Of a stretch of 64,000 bases of DNA, positions 1-13,905 are shown piece by piece. The translations under genes were made by a program, and so were the position numbers. Source of the DNA: Octopus sinensis (lineage: Eukaryota); contig NC_042998.1 in the NCBI RefSeq assembly GCF_006345805.1, positions 117,428,001-117,492,000 of the forward strand, in the 5' to 3' direction. The notes beneath the pieces were generated by a model. It did no database searches, was not told the DNA's origin, and saw only the letters and a program-made list of their open reading frames with translations. Position 1 is the stretch's first letter. The number at the start of each line of letters is the position of its first letter.

Positions 1-102
1 AGAACATTACATTATTGTTTGGGGGAACATCAATGTGCGCATTCAGGCCATACGTCTCATTATTATCCACACTTCTTGCAAGTACATATGTTGCATAATT
101 CA

Positions 103-275
103 TGTTCTATATTTTAGAGAAGAGGAATTCTGTACTTTTTTTACATTATTTACATTGGTCGGATATGTGTTCTCATCTTGTTTATTGTTACCACAACGTT
201 TCGGTAGATTTACTCTCCAGCCTTCATCAGGTATCCTGGTAGAATTTTCAACCCAACATTAAGGGGGTGGGGTGC
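103..275 (-). mobile_element. 3' tail of an (AAT)n-containing SINE/retrozyme-like element with a degenerate hammerhead
   Basis: Minus strand reads (AAT)n...gatacCTGATGAaggctggagagtaaatctaccGAAAcgTTgtgg...aacaagatgagaacacatatccg. Homologous to 62040-62212 (-). Confidence 0.7.
190..235 (-). ncRNA. Minimal hammerhead ribozyme, degenerate helix II
   Basis: Helix I tac/gtg, core CTGATGA, GAAA, helix III palindrome ACGT, GUU cleavage triplet. Confidence 0.55.
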
Positions 276-277
276 TG

Positions 278-289
278 ATATTATTATTG

Positions 290-376
<87 letters not shown>

Positions 377-379
377 ATT
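278..379. repeat. (ATT)n/(GTT)n microsatellite
   Basis: Seen directly. Confidence 0.95.
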
Positions 380-2192
380 GTTGCCTTTGAACAGCTTCTA
401 ACGCTGGAGATGTTCTACAGTGTCAGCTGTTCACTACCAGTGAACTAACGTGTCACATCTGATTTTTCGAGCACCTTCCGGATATTCGAGCGGTTCCAAG
501 CAGTACTGTTTTCTGCAACTGTACCACCTTTATTGCAGGCCCTATTTGTTCCACGTACTTCTCGAGATTTTTGCTCACTGTTCCCAGGGCTACGTATTTT
601 ATCGACCACAACAGCTTAACTTCCCAAGCTAACCTGTCGTATCTCCCAACTTTTCTTTCTTCCTTATTGCATACCTTGTTGTCAGCTGGGCATGCTATGT
701 CTATGATCCAGCATAGTTTGTTTTCTTTCTCAATTAAGACTATGCCCGGCTTCCAATTTTCTATCTCAAGGCTGCATCGAATCATAAAATCCCATAGGAT
801 CTTTGCATTTCTATTTTCGACGATGCATTTAGGCTTGTCGTCGTACCAACGTTTTGCTCTGTCAAGTCCATAATTTTTGCAATGTGTCCAGTGGACAAGC
901 TTGGCTATATTGTCGTAGCCTCTCTTATATTCCTTCTGGGCTAGAGGCGTACATTGGCTGGTAATATGCCATTCGGATTCACCGTTTTGTCCACAGATTC
1001 TGCACTTTTTCTGATGTGATACCTATTCTGTATTTTATGTAGTTTGTTGTTAGTGCTTTCTCTCGGGCAGCATAGATTACAGCCTCGTTTCCGGTTTCAA
1101 ATCATTTTTAGTAATCCACAGCCACGTTGTTTTTACTCTGTCTCATCTTCGACATCCTTATGAAATTGACCATGCATTCTTTTCTTTACCATACTATGTT
1201 CATTTTCATTCGTTTTCAATTTCTTGTATAGTGCTTTATCTTTGCAATCTTTCATCCTACACACGCCTGAACTTCCTACTTCTAATATTAGCGGTTCATT
1301 GGTATTTTATACATACCATGCTATGTTGGTTTCTTTTGCTCTAATGCTGTCTTCGCATTCAATAATTCCTCTTCTCACTCATTTTTTTTTTTTGGTACAC
1401 ATAGTCTGTCCGTCTCACTTTTGGGGTGGAGTGACCCATATTTAGTTAGCAATTTACTTGTCTTTCTGTCTAAGGTGTTTAGTTCGTCTACTGTCCAAGC
1501 GATTACTCCTGCCCCATGGCTAAGGAGTGAAACCGACCGGGTGTTGATAGCTTCGATCTCATTGCGTCCGTTGAATTTCGATTTAAGGATCAATCTCAGT
1601 CTGCGCAAGTACTCCTCTTTAATTTTTCTGTCATTTCTTCCTCCATCAATTTATCCATTTCCAAAATTCCTAAGTACTTATCGCACGACTCTTCTATCTG
1701 CTTCTTAACCTCCCCCGACGCTATTATTAGTTCGTCCATACATTTGATTTTGCCTCTATTCATGGTTAACACACCACACTTTCTCAGTCCGAACTCCATT
1801 CTAATATCAGCACTGATACTATACACCGTATCAACCAGTGAACTGACTTGGTCTTCGTCTTTACTATAAAGTTTGAGGTCATCCATGAATAACTAATCGT
1901 TGGCTGCTTTGAATGCATACCCAGCTTTTGCTTCCCTCAGAATCAGTGTCACTGGTATCCAGCACAGGACAACAATCAGTGGGGACAGGCAGTCCCATTG
2001 GAAGATACCGCTCTTAATTTTTACTGTCCCTAAACTTCTTCCGTAAGCTGTCAAGTCCGTCCTCCAATTCTCCATAATTTGTCTAAGCAATCGCTCAGCA
2101 TTTGATGTAATTCCAAAGAGGTTCATACACACCATAGTCCAAGAATATCAGAACATATCGTACGCCTTACGATAGTCGATCCATGATATAGC
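380..2192 (-). mobile_element. Degraded 5'-truncated R4/Dong-type non-LTR retrotransposon (RT plus restriction-like endonuclease)
   Basis: Frameshifted pieces WIDYRKAYD, GIFQWDCLSPL, FMDDLKLY, FGLRKCG, KPGIVLIEKENKLCWIIDIACP and LQKTVLLGTARI. The 3' end abuts (AAC/AAT)n. Confidence 0.9.
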
Positions 2193-2199
2193 TCAAATA

Positions 2200-2463
2200 G
2201 ATTTACAGACAGGCAGATAGACAGAAAGACAGACAGACAGACAGAAAGAGAGATAGACAGATAGACAGATAGATAGACATACAGACAGATAGATAGATAA
2301 ATAGATAGATAGATACATACATACATGGCGGTGCCCCAGCATGGCCACAACTCATTAGCTGAAACTGGAAAAATCAAAATCAAATATACATACACACATA
2401 CATAGATCGATCGATCGATCGATCGATAGATAGGTAGATAGATAGATAGATAGATAGATAGAT

Positions 2464-2518
<55 letters not shown>

Positions 2519-2520
2519 TA
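2200..2520. repeat. (GACA)/(GATA)n microsatellite with a SINE 3' fragment at ~2327-2385
   Basis: Seen directly. ggcggtgccccagcatggccac matches the SINE ends at ~28350 (-), ~52412 and ~53395. Confidence 0.85.
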
Positions 2521-3231
2521 CGTATTATATTCGGTTGTTATTTTTTAAGATTTTCTTCAACAAAGCATTGTCGAATGATTTGTCAGTTGTCAGTATATGA
2601 TATATTATCGATCATCTGTGAGCCTTAACTATTCGTAACTTCGGATGTATTTTTCGAATATATACACTCTAATTTTTTCGTGAGAAATTCGTAACGATTT
2701 GTGTATTTAAGGAAAATATTATATATAAAAAATAAACATCCATATCACAAGGAAAAGATGTTAAAATGTCAAAGAAATATATATAATTCGTTGAGAAAAG
2801 CGTCGATATTTGTTGTGTTTTATGTAGTTACAATTGTAAGTTAGATGGCAGTTACAGTGCCTACTGAGACAAAATATATTTCAGCATTCAAATAGAGAAT
2901 AGAAGAGGCTTTTGAGATCGATGTATACTACACACATATATTTAAGAAATTACGAATCTAAATACTTTCTTTAATAATATAAATTGTCGATATAGTAGCA
3001 TACTTTAGAATTCTTCAGCTGATATTTTATGTAGCAACGGCTTTTTGAGGAAATCTTTTAATATTTTTAATATTTAGAAGATTATTATGTATTATATGCA
3101 ACAGATATTTATATTTCTATGTGTAATCCATGGGTTGTTCCGCTTCATTTTCACCATCCGGTTGCATATTTTTGGTATCGGGTTTTATCCCGAGTGCAGC
3201 ATGACTTCGTTTCAATGTACATATTTAAAAA

Positions 3232-3612
3232 TGTGGAGTGGTAAAAGCCCAGGGGTTAGGACAGCAGACTCACGGTCGTAGGATCGCGGTTTCCATTCCC
3301 AGATGGAACGTTGTGAGTGTTTATTGAGCAAAAACACCTAAAGCTCCCTCCACGAGACTCCGGCAGGGGATGGTGGCGAATTCTGCTGTACTCTTTCACC
3401 ACAACTTTCTACCTTTCTACCTGTTTATGTTGTACCTGTAATTCAAAGAGCCACCTTTGTCACATTCTGTGTCACGCTGAATCTCCCCGAGAACTACATT
3501 AAGGGTATACGTGTCCGAGGAGTGCTCAATCACTTACACGTTAATTTCACTTACACGTTAATTTCCGTTGATCGGATCAACAGGAACCCTCGTCGTTGTA
3601 AACAACTCAGTG
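3232..3612 (+). mobile_element. tRNA-derived SINE (degraded)
   Basis: tRNA-like head with B-box-like ggtttccattccc. Its 3' part (gtgctcaatcacttacacgttaatttcac...gttgatcggatcaa) is shared with 43290-43600 (-). Confidence 0.7.
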
Positions 3613-4704
3613 CCACGATTAAAAATATGATTTGCTTAAGTTCTTTCACCCTTTCTGGTGATAAGATTCGGTTAAAATGTATTTCTTTGAGGTTGCATTC
3701 CCCTACACAATCTGACTGTTTATTCGGTAATTAGAACTATTACTAAACAATTACATAAATTATTTCAAGGAACATCTGGTGTTTATAAATTTAAATATGG
3801 AACCTGAATTTTCAAATAAAAGAAAATCCTAGTTTTTCTAGAATGCATCTGTGTTGGCAATATTGCTTTTTTACATTAAACAAGCACCTACATTTTTGAG
3901 TTACAGGAAAACAATTTACAATATAGAATTTTCTAAATTTGAAGTAACATTTATAGTAGTAAGATTGAAACGATTTATAAAAAATTCAATGGGGGAAAGT
4001 ATATTGTCAATTCCATTGTTATGGTCGAACATAATCTGAACAAAGTGCGTGCTTCAACGTGTTTCATCATCCAAATAATAATGTAATACTGCACATACTG
4101 CATTCGACATGAAATAGAAATCTTCAGAATATATAAACCCTACAGATATTGAACAGTAATCTTTACATTGTGCGGAGATTCCCCGTAGATCTCAATATAT
4201 CTGCTGAATAGAGTTCGGAATTTCATTAAATATTGTCACTTAGGAAAATATTTGCAGGAAGAATGGGAAATATTTATCAATGGTTGACAGAATGGAGTCA
4301 CAGAGAGCTATTTATTGAGAATACTTATATATTCAAAGGATTCCTACTCTTTTAAATATAAAAAAATAAACTTGGATTTGGAATTCGCCTTGCCACAATC
4401 TCTACAGAGAGAAATATTATTTCACATTAATGTCTTTGACTCCCACATTTCAAGCATTAGCATATCATATATATCTTTTAGAAAAGCAATTCTACGGGCC
4501 TGTCTTAAACTACTTTGGTAAACTACACGCAGCCGTATTAAAAATAAACATACATTTGATATTTTTAATAACATCAGGTGCAATTAATCAACTATTAAAA
4601 TGGATAAATTAGAAATAGCGACTTATGCCTCCTACCACAACTTGATACTGGAATACTGGGAAATATGATGGATCATCAGTACCCTATATATATATATATA
4701 TATA

Positions 4705-5316
4705 TCTTTATATATATAAAACTGAGAATGTGTATGTGTCTGTCTGCATGTGTGTTTCCCTAAAACTTGAGAACTACACAACCAATTTCATTCAAATTTT
4801 ACACATGCCTTACTTAGGGTCCATGTAATTTCATGGGCAAAAGATTGAGCGAGCCCATAGCAATATCATATCTTCTCCACTATTTTATTATTACGTGTTA
4901 AAAGTGAAACAAAAATATTTCTTTATTTTATGTCAGATGCTTTCACTTTAACAATAAAAATAATAATAACAATTGAATTATATGTAGGAAATTATAATTA
5001 AAATCAAACTAAAGTATAATATAATCGTAACGTAACAAAAGTAAAAACAGCAATTGGTATAAAATTGCATCAATGATTTGAACTTGAATAAGTGGTTTCA
5101 CATGAATGAGAATAAATTAAAAATAAAATTAGCATGCAGAAATGGAATAGTCCAGATGCATAATAAAAAAATTAAATTAAAGAAAAGACTATTGTCTATA
5201 AAGTATACAATGTAGAGAAAAAAGAAGAGCTAACAATTCCAGTCTGTTATATATTTTGAGTATTGTTATCACTAGCGATATCAAGAAATAACTTTGTATT
5301 TTGCATTTTATGTGTA

Positions 5317-5354
<38 letters not shown>

Positions 5355-5439
5355 TGTACATGTAATATGTACACATATATATACACATATATACATGCAC
5401 AAGCACTAAGACCCGGCAACGACGGGTCGTTAATGCTAG
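4705..5439 (+). mobile_element. Non-autonomous Helitron inserted in (TA)n
   Basis: Starts with TC at 4705 after an A. Ends with the hairpin GACCCG-gcaacga-CGGGTC (5410-5428), then CTAG (5436-5439) followed by T. No target-site duplication (TSD). Confidence 0.8.
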
Positions 5440-5450
5440 TATATATATAT

Positions 5451-5483
<33 letters not shown>

Positions 5484-7949
5484 TATGTGCGTGATGCGTG
5501 TGCGTATTCATATTAAATCCTGTATTTTTGTTGTTACAGAAGGCACGTTATTTTTATAATTATTATACAAAGTGCCCAATTTCTCCAGGTGTTCTAGGTG
5601 GCGCATATATTCAAGGTTTCGTATACACTATATTCTTCTTCATTTCAGTGAACAATCAATCGCTATGTTCAATGTATTAGGGTGGTTTATCAAAGTTATA
5701 ATATATACACACATATATGTATATAAACGTATTTATGGATGAATGTATGTACGTATCTATGTATAGAAAAATGAACAAGTGAGAAAAAGAGAAAACAGGG
5801 TGATGTACGAAATGCAGCTTCCTTTCTACTATCAAAATCCCATTACGTAGCATTAAATACAAAAATGTAACATAACGTGTATAATTTTCACACCACTTGC
5901 ATAGTACGATAAATATTGTACGATGTCACGTATGCAAAAATACAAATCAGCTGAACGCATTACAAATAAATATCAACGTAAGTATTTCTGCAGACAAAAG
6001 AGCATTCATGTACAATAACAGTTCTTCGCATTCTTTCTTACAATAAAAATATAAAATAGGTATTGTACTTCATTTTATCACAAATTGCACACGCTTGCTC
6101 GGAGACAGCCTGCACATAGAAACTTAAATACTAAATATATTACAACCACCTGTAAGTCTTATAGTCAGAATCATCAGGAAGTAGCAGTTGCTGGTAGTAT
6201 AGTATATCCAAACAATATACCTCAAAATACCAAAAATAAATTCTCTAACAACATAAGAGGTCATCTTACATTCTCAATCGTATTCCATCTATGCATCGAA
6301 CATAATGAAATAAAACATTAATAATATAAAATTCTAAAACACTATTTATTGAACATAAAATATTGACTCCAGCATAATGCGATTTATGATATCTGATGCG
6401 TTATTGTAACCAAGACATGTTCGTTCTCGTATCCTGTAAATCAATATGGAATACTGAGACCCACTAAAGAGTCTGATAATTCGAACTTTGCGACCGCACT
6501 TGAGTTATCGCGGATATTGCCGTTCCCGATATGCACATGAGTAGACTAAGAATATAGATAGTTTAAAATAACTAGTTCCAGCTTCACATAGAAAAAGACA
6601 CAGCTAATATATAATTCTTCTATTGTTCTTTAGTTTAACCTAGATATTTTTTATGCATTTTGTGATATAATTGTTACTGATAGTTTCGACTTTATTTTCA
6701 GTTATATTACTATTAAGTCTGTCAATATATACACACAGTAGACGTACGTTATCCGGCACGAAATACGATAAGCACCAGGCTTTAAAAACAGTAACTACTA
6801 TCTATATGCTCGAATGCCTTTATGTCAAAATACTATATGTATTCTATGCTGGTTCACGTTTTGTTGACGTTTTATTCAGGTTCAAATTGATATTAAATAT
6901 TTCTTTCTAATCTATCGTAAAAAGTGGGAATTTTGCAGTGAAGATGAACTCGTATTGCGTGTTTACCTTGAGAGAGACATACCAATTCATTAAACAAATG
7001 TCATATAACCCCCCAGATGAAGTTAAACTACTGTTCAGCTCTCAAACTTAATTGTGTTAGTTGTCAATTGCACTTGCACGATTCATAGAACTAACATCTG
7101 AACTGTTCCATTATTTTCCAGCTTGTGAGATTATAACTTCTGTACTTAGATATGCAAAACTGCTTTCGTTTTGTTCATGTTTCCAGACAAAATTGTATGT
7201 GTACTTATGGCAAAATTGTACGTTTATTTGCTGTTTCACGACTCATGTGTTTCAGGAGATGTAAATAAAGTCTACACATTTCGCTCTTTAAAATGTAGTA
7301 ACAATTGAATTATACATATAAACAGGACATTTTCCTCAGGAAATTTACATTTAAGTGTAAACATTGTATAGTATATCTAATCGCTTTCTGTCATCCATGT
7401 ACTTCCCTTGCTTTTCGTTTTGCTTACAAATTAAATAATCTTGTTCAGCCAAAGGCCATGTTTGTTGAGAATACTTAAACGGCATGTTCCTATAATTATA
7501 GTATTCTATTTAATTGAAAGTAAAGCTAGGCGATTTGTGTGGAACGTTTCAACGCGAAGTGTTAATACTAACAAAAAATGGCGAATAATTTAATTTCTCA
7601 GAAAATGTTTAAGTTGAAAGAAATAAATCAAAACGCCCCAACGTTTTAGTCAATAGATGAAGCCTATAAAAAATAAACTAAAAGAAATAAATTCCCCGAA
7701 ATATTTATTCCAATTGAAATAAGCTGTGTGAACAATGTGAATTGTTTATATTACATTGTGATTCATTTTCAAAGAATGTTCACATATTACATCTAACTGA
7801 TTAAACAGAGAATGTAAATGTTTGTAATAAATAGAAACCTACGCAAATATTTGATCATAATGAATAACAAAACTCGTCATTCTATATCTTTAGTGAAGTT
7901 TGCAGTTAAATATGATGGTTCTGATATTTGGAACATGCTCCTCCAGGAT

Positions 7950-9850
7950 TTTCTATACGTACATTACAGTGTATCTCTCTCTTCGATGTTCAAGAAGGTC
8001 GAGACACAGAGCTTTCAAACGTTTCCAGAATTTTAACTGAGTTCATTTTATTGGTGAATGTTCTTTGTAACACTTGAATTTGTGCTATGAAACCGGATGA
8101 GTTTCGAAATTAAAGCTGGTAGCAGTAATCTAATCTTGGTCAAAACTAAGGTTTTCCAGGTGTCACGAAGGCTCAAAGGATCCATCCTATGACATGCCTG
8201 TTTGATGTGGTTGACAAAAGATGCATAATTTGAAATGATTACTGCTACGTCCGGTATGTTATTAGCACTCTGAACCATTGTTATATTTTGTCAAATAATG
8301 GGATGTATGAATATTTAGTATGTATTGTAGAACTGGATGTTTTCATATATTAAATTTCATGCTGATTTTATCTCTCGTTGATAAATGAGGTTTAGCTCAT
8401 TTTGAAGTGTAACGGCATTTGGAGTTTGGATAGACTTCGATATTTTTTCTCTGTAGCACATCAAGTTGGACGAGTACGATTGGTGATGCAAAATAACAGT
8501 GGTCCTAGAACCGTACCATGACGTATTCCACTTGATACTGATGAATTTGCAGAGAGGAAACTGTTTGCAGCAGCTGATTGATTGCAGCCCTGTTAGAAGT
8601 CAAAGCACTATTTTCCGAGTTTTCTTGTGGTATCATATTCCTTACACTGACAGCTGATTCCATAATCAATTATGTCAAACTCTTTAGCAAAGTAAGGATA
8701 TATGTGGTCAGGGATCATTTCGCACAAAACATCATTCATGATAGTGTTATGGCGCTGTAATAGTTGTGACAGGCTCTTTCGTCCTGTCCGAAAACCATGT
8801 TGTGTATTGTCTGCAAGGCTATTTTCCCCAGTGTATGCAATTTTGTTTTACGAACAATGCGTTTGCCTTTTATGTGTAAGTGTCTTTCAGGAGTTCTGGG
8901 AATACTCCGGTAACTAAAGACTTCTGAAATAGTATCTTTAACAGTTTGGCGAATCACTTTTTTGTATGTTTTTGCTTCTTTTTAGATTCGTATTCATTAA
9001 TATCCCCAAATATATCATCGTCCACCATACCGTTCATTTCTATACGTGTCTCAGCAGTTGATTTATGAGGATCAAGGAATTCGTTTGATTTATATACTAT
9101 TTTGTTGGTTATGTGTTGAGAACGTGTGATGATCCAATTTGGCCCGTTCAGTTTCAATTTCCTTCAACTTGCCTTCCTGAAATTCAAGATCATGGAGAGT
9201 AGGTGAATCATATTTGATGTTATTTGATAAATGTTGCCTCCTTGAACCTGATATAGATAATTGTATAACATTGAAGAGGGAACAATCTGAAAATTGCGAG
9301 TATAATCTGCATTTGGGGTGAACACAAGGTTGAGTAAGTTATTAATCCTAGTTAGAACAGTAACGACTGGTGCAATAGGAAGTCGTTAATGGTATCGAGG
9401 AGAAAGTACATATCGATCTTGTTTAGTTGTTTTGTTCCAGGTTATATTTAGCCTTCAGCCTGCTAACATTAGGAAACTTAAATTCGTCCGTTAAATTGCT
9501 AGAAATAAGAGTGAAAACAACTTTTAGCCAAGGGCAAAGCACTTATCTATTGACTGAAAAGGGAGAACAACCACCCTACAGCGAGCGAGGAATATCAGCG
9601 CATTTATGACTTCGGATTGAATTAATCCTCGTCAGTCGCACTTACTATATTGCCTAAGATTTACTTGAACACGCCTTGTCAGTTTATAGAAAGTACCATA
9701 TGTATCAGTGCCTGATTCTGTAAGATTGGTTTAAGAGTGAAAGGGCCTCGTAGCTTTTCTCTGTAAACTCTTTGAAACAGCTACGCTGAGCTGGTATATT
9801 ATGGTATTACCGAATCATGTCCACAGCTAACATAGAGCTTGTAATTCGTT
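7950..9850 (-). mobile_element. Heavily degraded CR1-type LINE ORF2 (AP endonuclease plus RT)
   Basis: Minus-strand remnants EFKFPNV (GDFNFP-like), TRINNLLNLVFT, QHGFRTGRKSLSQLL, FAKEFD, SGIRHGTVLGPL and WKTLVLTKI. Confidence 0.75.
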
Positions 9851-10984
9851 TGCAATTTCTCTTTTTCTTTGAAAACTTTAACAATTATCATTAGTACTAT
9901 TTTTGTATTGAAACAAATTTAAATACATAATTGTTCGCATACGTCAATCAGTACATTTGTCACTACTTGCCTTCGTTATACAAAATTTACTTTGAGATAT
10001 TTTGTGGTAAAACAGCGACCGCATATCACTTCATCAAAAGATCCTGCTGCAGCAATGAAAAATATTACTATGCAAACCAATTAACAGGCACATATTTAAA
10101 TTCATTTGTTTATTTGATTAGGAAAACGCCATTAATTGTACAACCGTGGTAATGAAACATTTTGTCAATAAGTATAATTTACATCATAACATCCTATATT
10201 GAATAAATATCAAGGTGTAAATATTGCTATGCAAATATCTTCGCAAAAGTGTTCGGTGGTGACGATTTTATATCATTATTGATCATAAATTGTAAATCAC
10301 CAATTTCCATTAAAGTGAATAGTGTACTCAATATTTTTTCTTTCCTATTACGGAGATATATCTAATCGGAAATGCTTTGGCTAAATCAACTTTGCCTCTC
10401 TGTGTCGCTGGAATCTGTAATCAAAATAGAGAAGTCTTAATTCTCACGTCTTCGTTTGAGCTACAGATAAATATGTATCAATAAAAATTAAACATTTTCT
10501 TTCAGTATATTGGCAATAATTTATTAGATGCAAAAATACATATTTATTGGAAGCTATCATAATATGATGATTTCAGCCCTGTATATTCTTACAGGAATAC
10601 ATTTTATTGGATTCGTTATGAGATAAGAAGTGACAATGAATCGGGTTTAAGGCTAATATTCCTGTTTCTCTGCTTCATTGAATTTCTAACAATCAATCAA
10701 TATGAAACAATAATTATTGCATTATCAAAATACTGATATTTTGTATAAGTCATTTTATTGTACGTTGAATTAAGCAAAGTATACCCCACTTACATACATT
10801 TTTACATCTGTAAATATGATCTGATCATGTAAAAAAAACAGAAAAAACAAAATATAGATGCATACAATTTCTGGCATTGTACAACATTACTTACAGAAAA
10901 TAAACTTGCTTATAACTTGTGGCTTTTAATGGCGGATCCAATGTATATGCACATACATGTGGGCGCGCAGTCATAGACGTGCAT

Positions 10985-11106
10985 ATGTATGTATATATGA
11001 ATATATATGTATATATGTATATGCATGTATATATGTATATAACTTCTTATATGTATGTATATATGTATATAACTTCGTATATGTATGTATATATGTATAT
11101 AACTTC
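10985..11106. repeat. ~30-bp minisatellite (atgtatgtatatatgtatataacttcgtat), about 3 copies
   Basis: Seen directly. Confidence 0.85.
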
Positions 11107-11673
11107 GAACAACAAGAACGCAAGTCACATTCGGCCCGTGGTTAACAATACACCAAACGTATAGAAACACACCTGTTTTCAGTTTATGACATACTCTCAT
11201 TTCTTTGTATCATAATATTATTTTCACTTTAATATATGATACCTATTTTGGAAACATCTGATGGTCAAAAACACAACTTTAGGCTGTTTAGGTCGGGTTG
11301 ATATTAGAATGTTTCCGGATATTCTCATAAAGGAAATAACTGCCTTAATCAAACATTGCCAATTATCAGAGGGGAATATCATTTGCTTAACCTCAGTGAG
11401 TATCTCGTATGAGACGATCTTCGGTCAAAGTTATTGTAGACGTGTTGTTCGTATTCTTTTTTCTTCAGGAGTAATTCCTCTTAGGCTATTCTATTAGATG
11501 TATTGATGATAAAGCAAGATAACATAAGAATGATTTGTGTATGTGGCTGCTATTTATAGCAAGTTAAGTAAACACTTGGATATAGTAGTAGGTTAAACAT
11601 AATAATAATCTTAAATGTTGACCATCGTATTAGCAACATTGATATTAGCATTGGAAATAAAATTATTAATATA

Positions 11674-11752
11674 TACTTAATTGTTTGAAAAAGTCGTCCT
11701 GGAATCTAATTTGATTATACAGAAATCTGCTTAATGCTAACGTATTAGACCA
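11674..11752 (+). repeat. 79-bp direct repeat, left copy (right copy 12832-12910)
   Basis: Ungapped alignment by eye gives 10 mismatches in 79 nt. Confidence 0.9.
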
Positions 11753-12831
11753 GATGGGAAATCTTGTTAGGAATAATTGCTAAGTGAACCATAAGAGTCG
11801 TACAGCATAATGGATATGTTAATGAAGCAATCCATATGGCAGGGATCCCTGAAATACTTGCATGTTTTTGCCATCTGGGAAGCTGTCAGCTATGCAAAAC
11901 AACTGAAGAATAATCTGTACATTGTATGGCTAGATCTTGCTATTGCATATGGATCTGACACTGACATGAGAGCTGGCAGTGTTATGGGAAGAGAAAATTG
12001 ATAATGCAGAGCAACAGAAGAAGAGGTATGAGAGATTAATCGAAGAATGCAGAGAACAGGAATGGACTGTTGAGTATTACTACCTGGTCAGTGGGGACTA
12101 GAGAATTCACTGAAAGGAAACTGGCGACGTTATTTAAAAGAAAGTTTGAATTTTCGAGCCTAGAGCTGGGAAACGAACGTAATATGTAGGTTAAAATAGG
12201 CAGTCAACAAAGCCAGCTTCTATTTATGGCTGAAACAAGAAAACTCAAAATGGCTTGAAAGCCATAACACGGCGACTGGGAAATAGCGTCGCTAGGTGAG
12301 GCTGGCTAACACTTAGGCAGCATCGCTGAATGAGAGGTGGTCCAAGGAAGCGAACTCGTTCATAGCGCGCCCTCATCCTGGTTCGAAGGCGTGTACCACC
12401 AAACAGCTGGTCGTCTCTGGCTGCTGGAACTGAAACTAACACGACACTGTTGGGAGGCAGGTTTAGAGAGGGCGCGAGCTAAAACTACGCGCCATTCCCC
12501 TCCATTGGTCAGTTGAAGTTTAGTCAGTGTCACGTGACAGTTAGCTGGTGTTGGCTGCTGGAGCCTACGGATGCGTATATTATGGGAAATTTGGCAGGAT
12601 GGTCATTCGCCCGCTGACATTCGTTGACGCTGCATCGAAGAAGCCAAAGAGCAAAACAAAAAGGGGCAAAAAAGAAACACACTCAGCACCAGAGCTGAAG
12701 ACACCTTCCAAATGGAGAGGGGCGCCGCGTCGTAAACGAGGGGCCGTCGTTCCTCCTGATGATGTCTTTAGTCACTGGATTCTGTAGAGGAGCTGTTGAG
12801 GTACCGAACCACGAAACGTGGTTTGAATTCC
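11753..12831 (+). mobile_element. Internally deleted HERO-like RLE LINE with a GC-rich 3' region
   Basis: RT motif IVWLDLAIAYGS is joined to a C-terminus CREQEWTVEYY...VGTREF...ASFYLWLKQENSKW. The element is bounded by 79-bp direct repeats. Confidence 0.65.
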
Positions 12832-13677
12832 TACTTAATTGTTTGAAAAAATCGACCTGGAACCTAATTTGATTATATAGGAGTCTGCTTAATGGAAATA
12901 TATTAGACCAAACTTGTGTGCATGTATTAGACGTCCTTGGCAAGAAACAGTGATTCATTTGTGAAAGATATTGAATACTTAGTTTGCAATTAAACTTGCT
13001 GTCCTCACAAAACACAACTAGGTTCCAATGCCAAAGTCAATTAATTAAATAAATCTGTAGTGTATCTTTCATTCACATGATATATATTATGCACCAGTAA
13101 TTTTCTGGCATATAAAGAAATATATTAAATTACTCACATGAACTTTCATAAAATCACATTACAATTTTAAGGATTCATCGATATGATAACGTGTGGGGTA
13201 TATAATTACATCCCAAGGCATTCTTCTATACAAGAGAAGAGTACTAGTTTTGAAGAATAATTAACCTGCCATATATTATGGTAGAAACGAAAGAAGATAT
13301 TGGATGGATATTTTTGTTGGTCGATGCTAAATATAAGTGACCATATACACGTAAACACGTGCATATAATTAAAGGAGATCCATGAAGGATCTAGGCAAAT
13401 CAAATCAAACAAACATCAATTAATGCCTAGACACAATTACACATTATCTCACATCTTAGAGTTAAATAATCTGTTAACATTGCACGAAATGCATAGATGA
13501 AATGAGATTGTTTGGTAATCACTAACTCCAATAATATCGAAAGATGAACAGAAACTTAAATATGGCGTACGGATACGTCAGCTTGATAGTACTTGCTGGT
13601 ATATTTCGCGAACCTGTTGGGCTGAGAGTTGAGTAAAGTCTCATATTCTTATGGATGTTTTACATATCACATACCTA

Positions 13678-13905
13678 TTTCTTTATTACCCACAAGGGGC
13701 TAAACATAGAGGGGACAAGGACAGGCATAGGTATTAAGTCGATTACATCGACCCCAGTGCGTAACTGGTACTTAATTTATTGACCCCGAACGGATGAAAA
13801 GCAAAGTCGACCTCGGCGGAATTTCAACTCACAACGTAACGACAGACGAAATACGGCTACGCATTTCGCCCGGCGTGCTAACGTTTCTGCCAGCTTACCG
13901 CCTTA
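13678..13905 (-). mobile_element. Full-length tRNA-derived SINE with ~17-bp TSD
   Basis: Head ggcggtaagctggcagaaacgttagcacgccgggcgaaatg and core gtcgactttgcttttcatcc. TSD taca(t)(a/t)tcacataccta at 13661-13677 and 13906-13922. Confidence 0.9.

Noticed and set aside
8536-8575. CTGATGA...GAAA hammerhead-like spacing
   Set aside because: No helix I or II pairing, and it lies antisense within CR1 RT coding remnants.
11069-11102. ATAACTTCGTATA, identical to a loxP arm, followed by a TGTATG spacer-like sequence
   Set aside because: There is no second inverted arm, and it is one unit of an AT-rich 30-bp minisatellite. Coincidence.
12548-12787. 79-aa basic ORF in the GC-rich island
   Set aside because: GTG start, no recognisable domain, and it lies in a probable retroelement 3' region.
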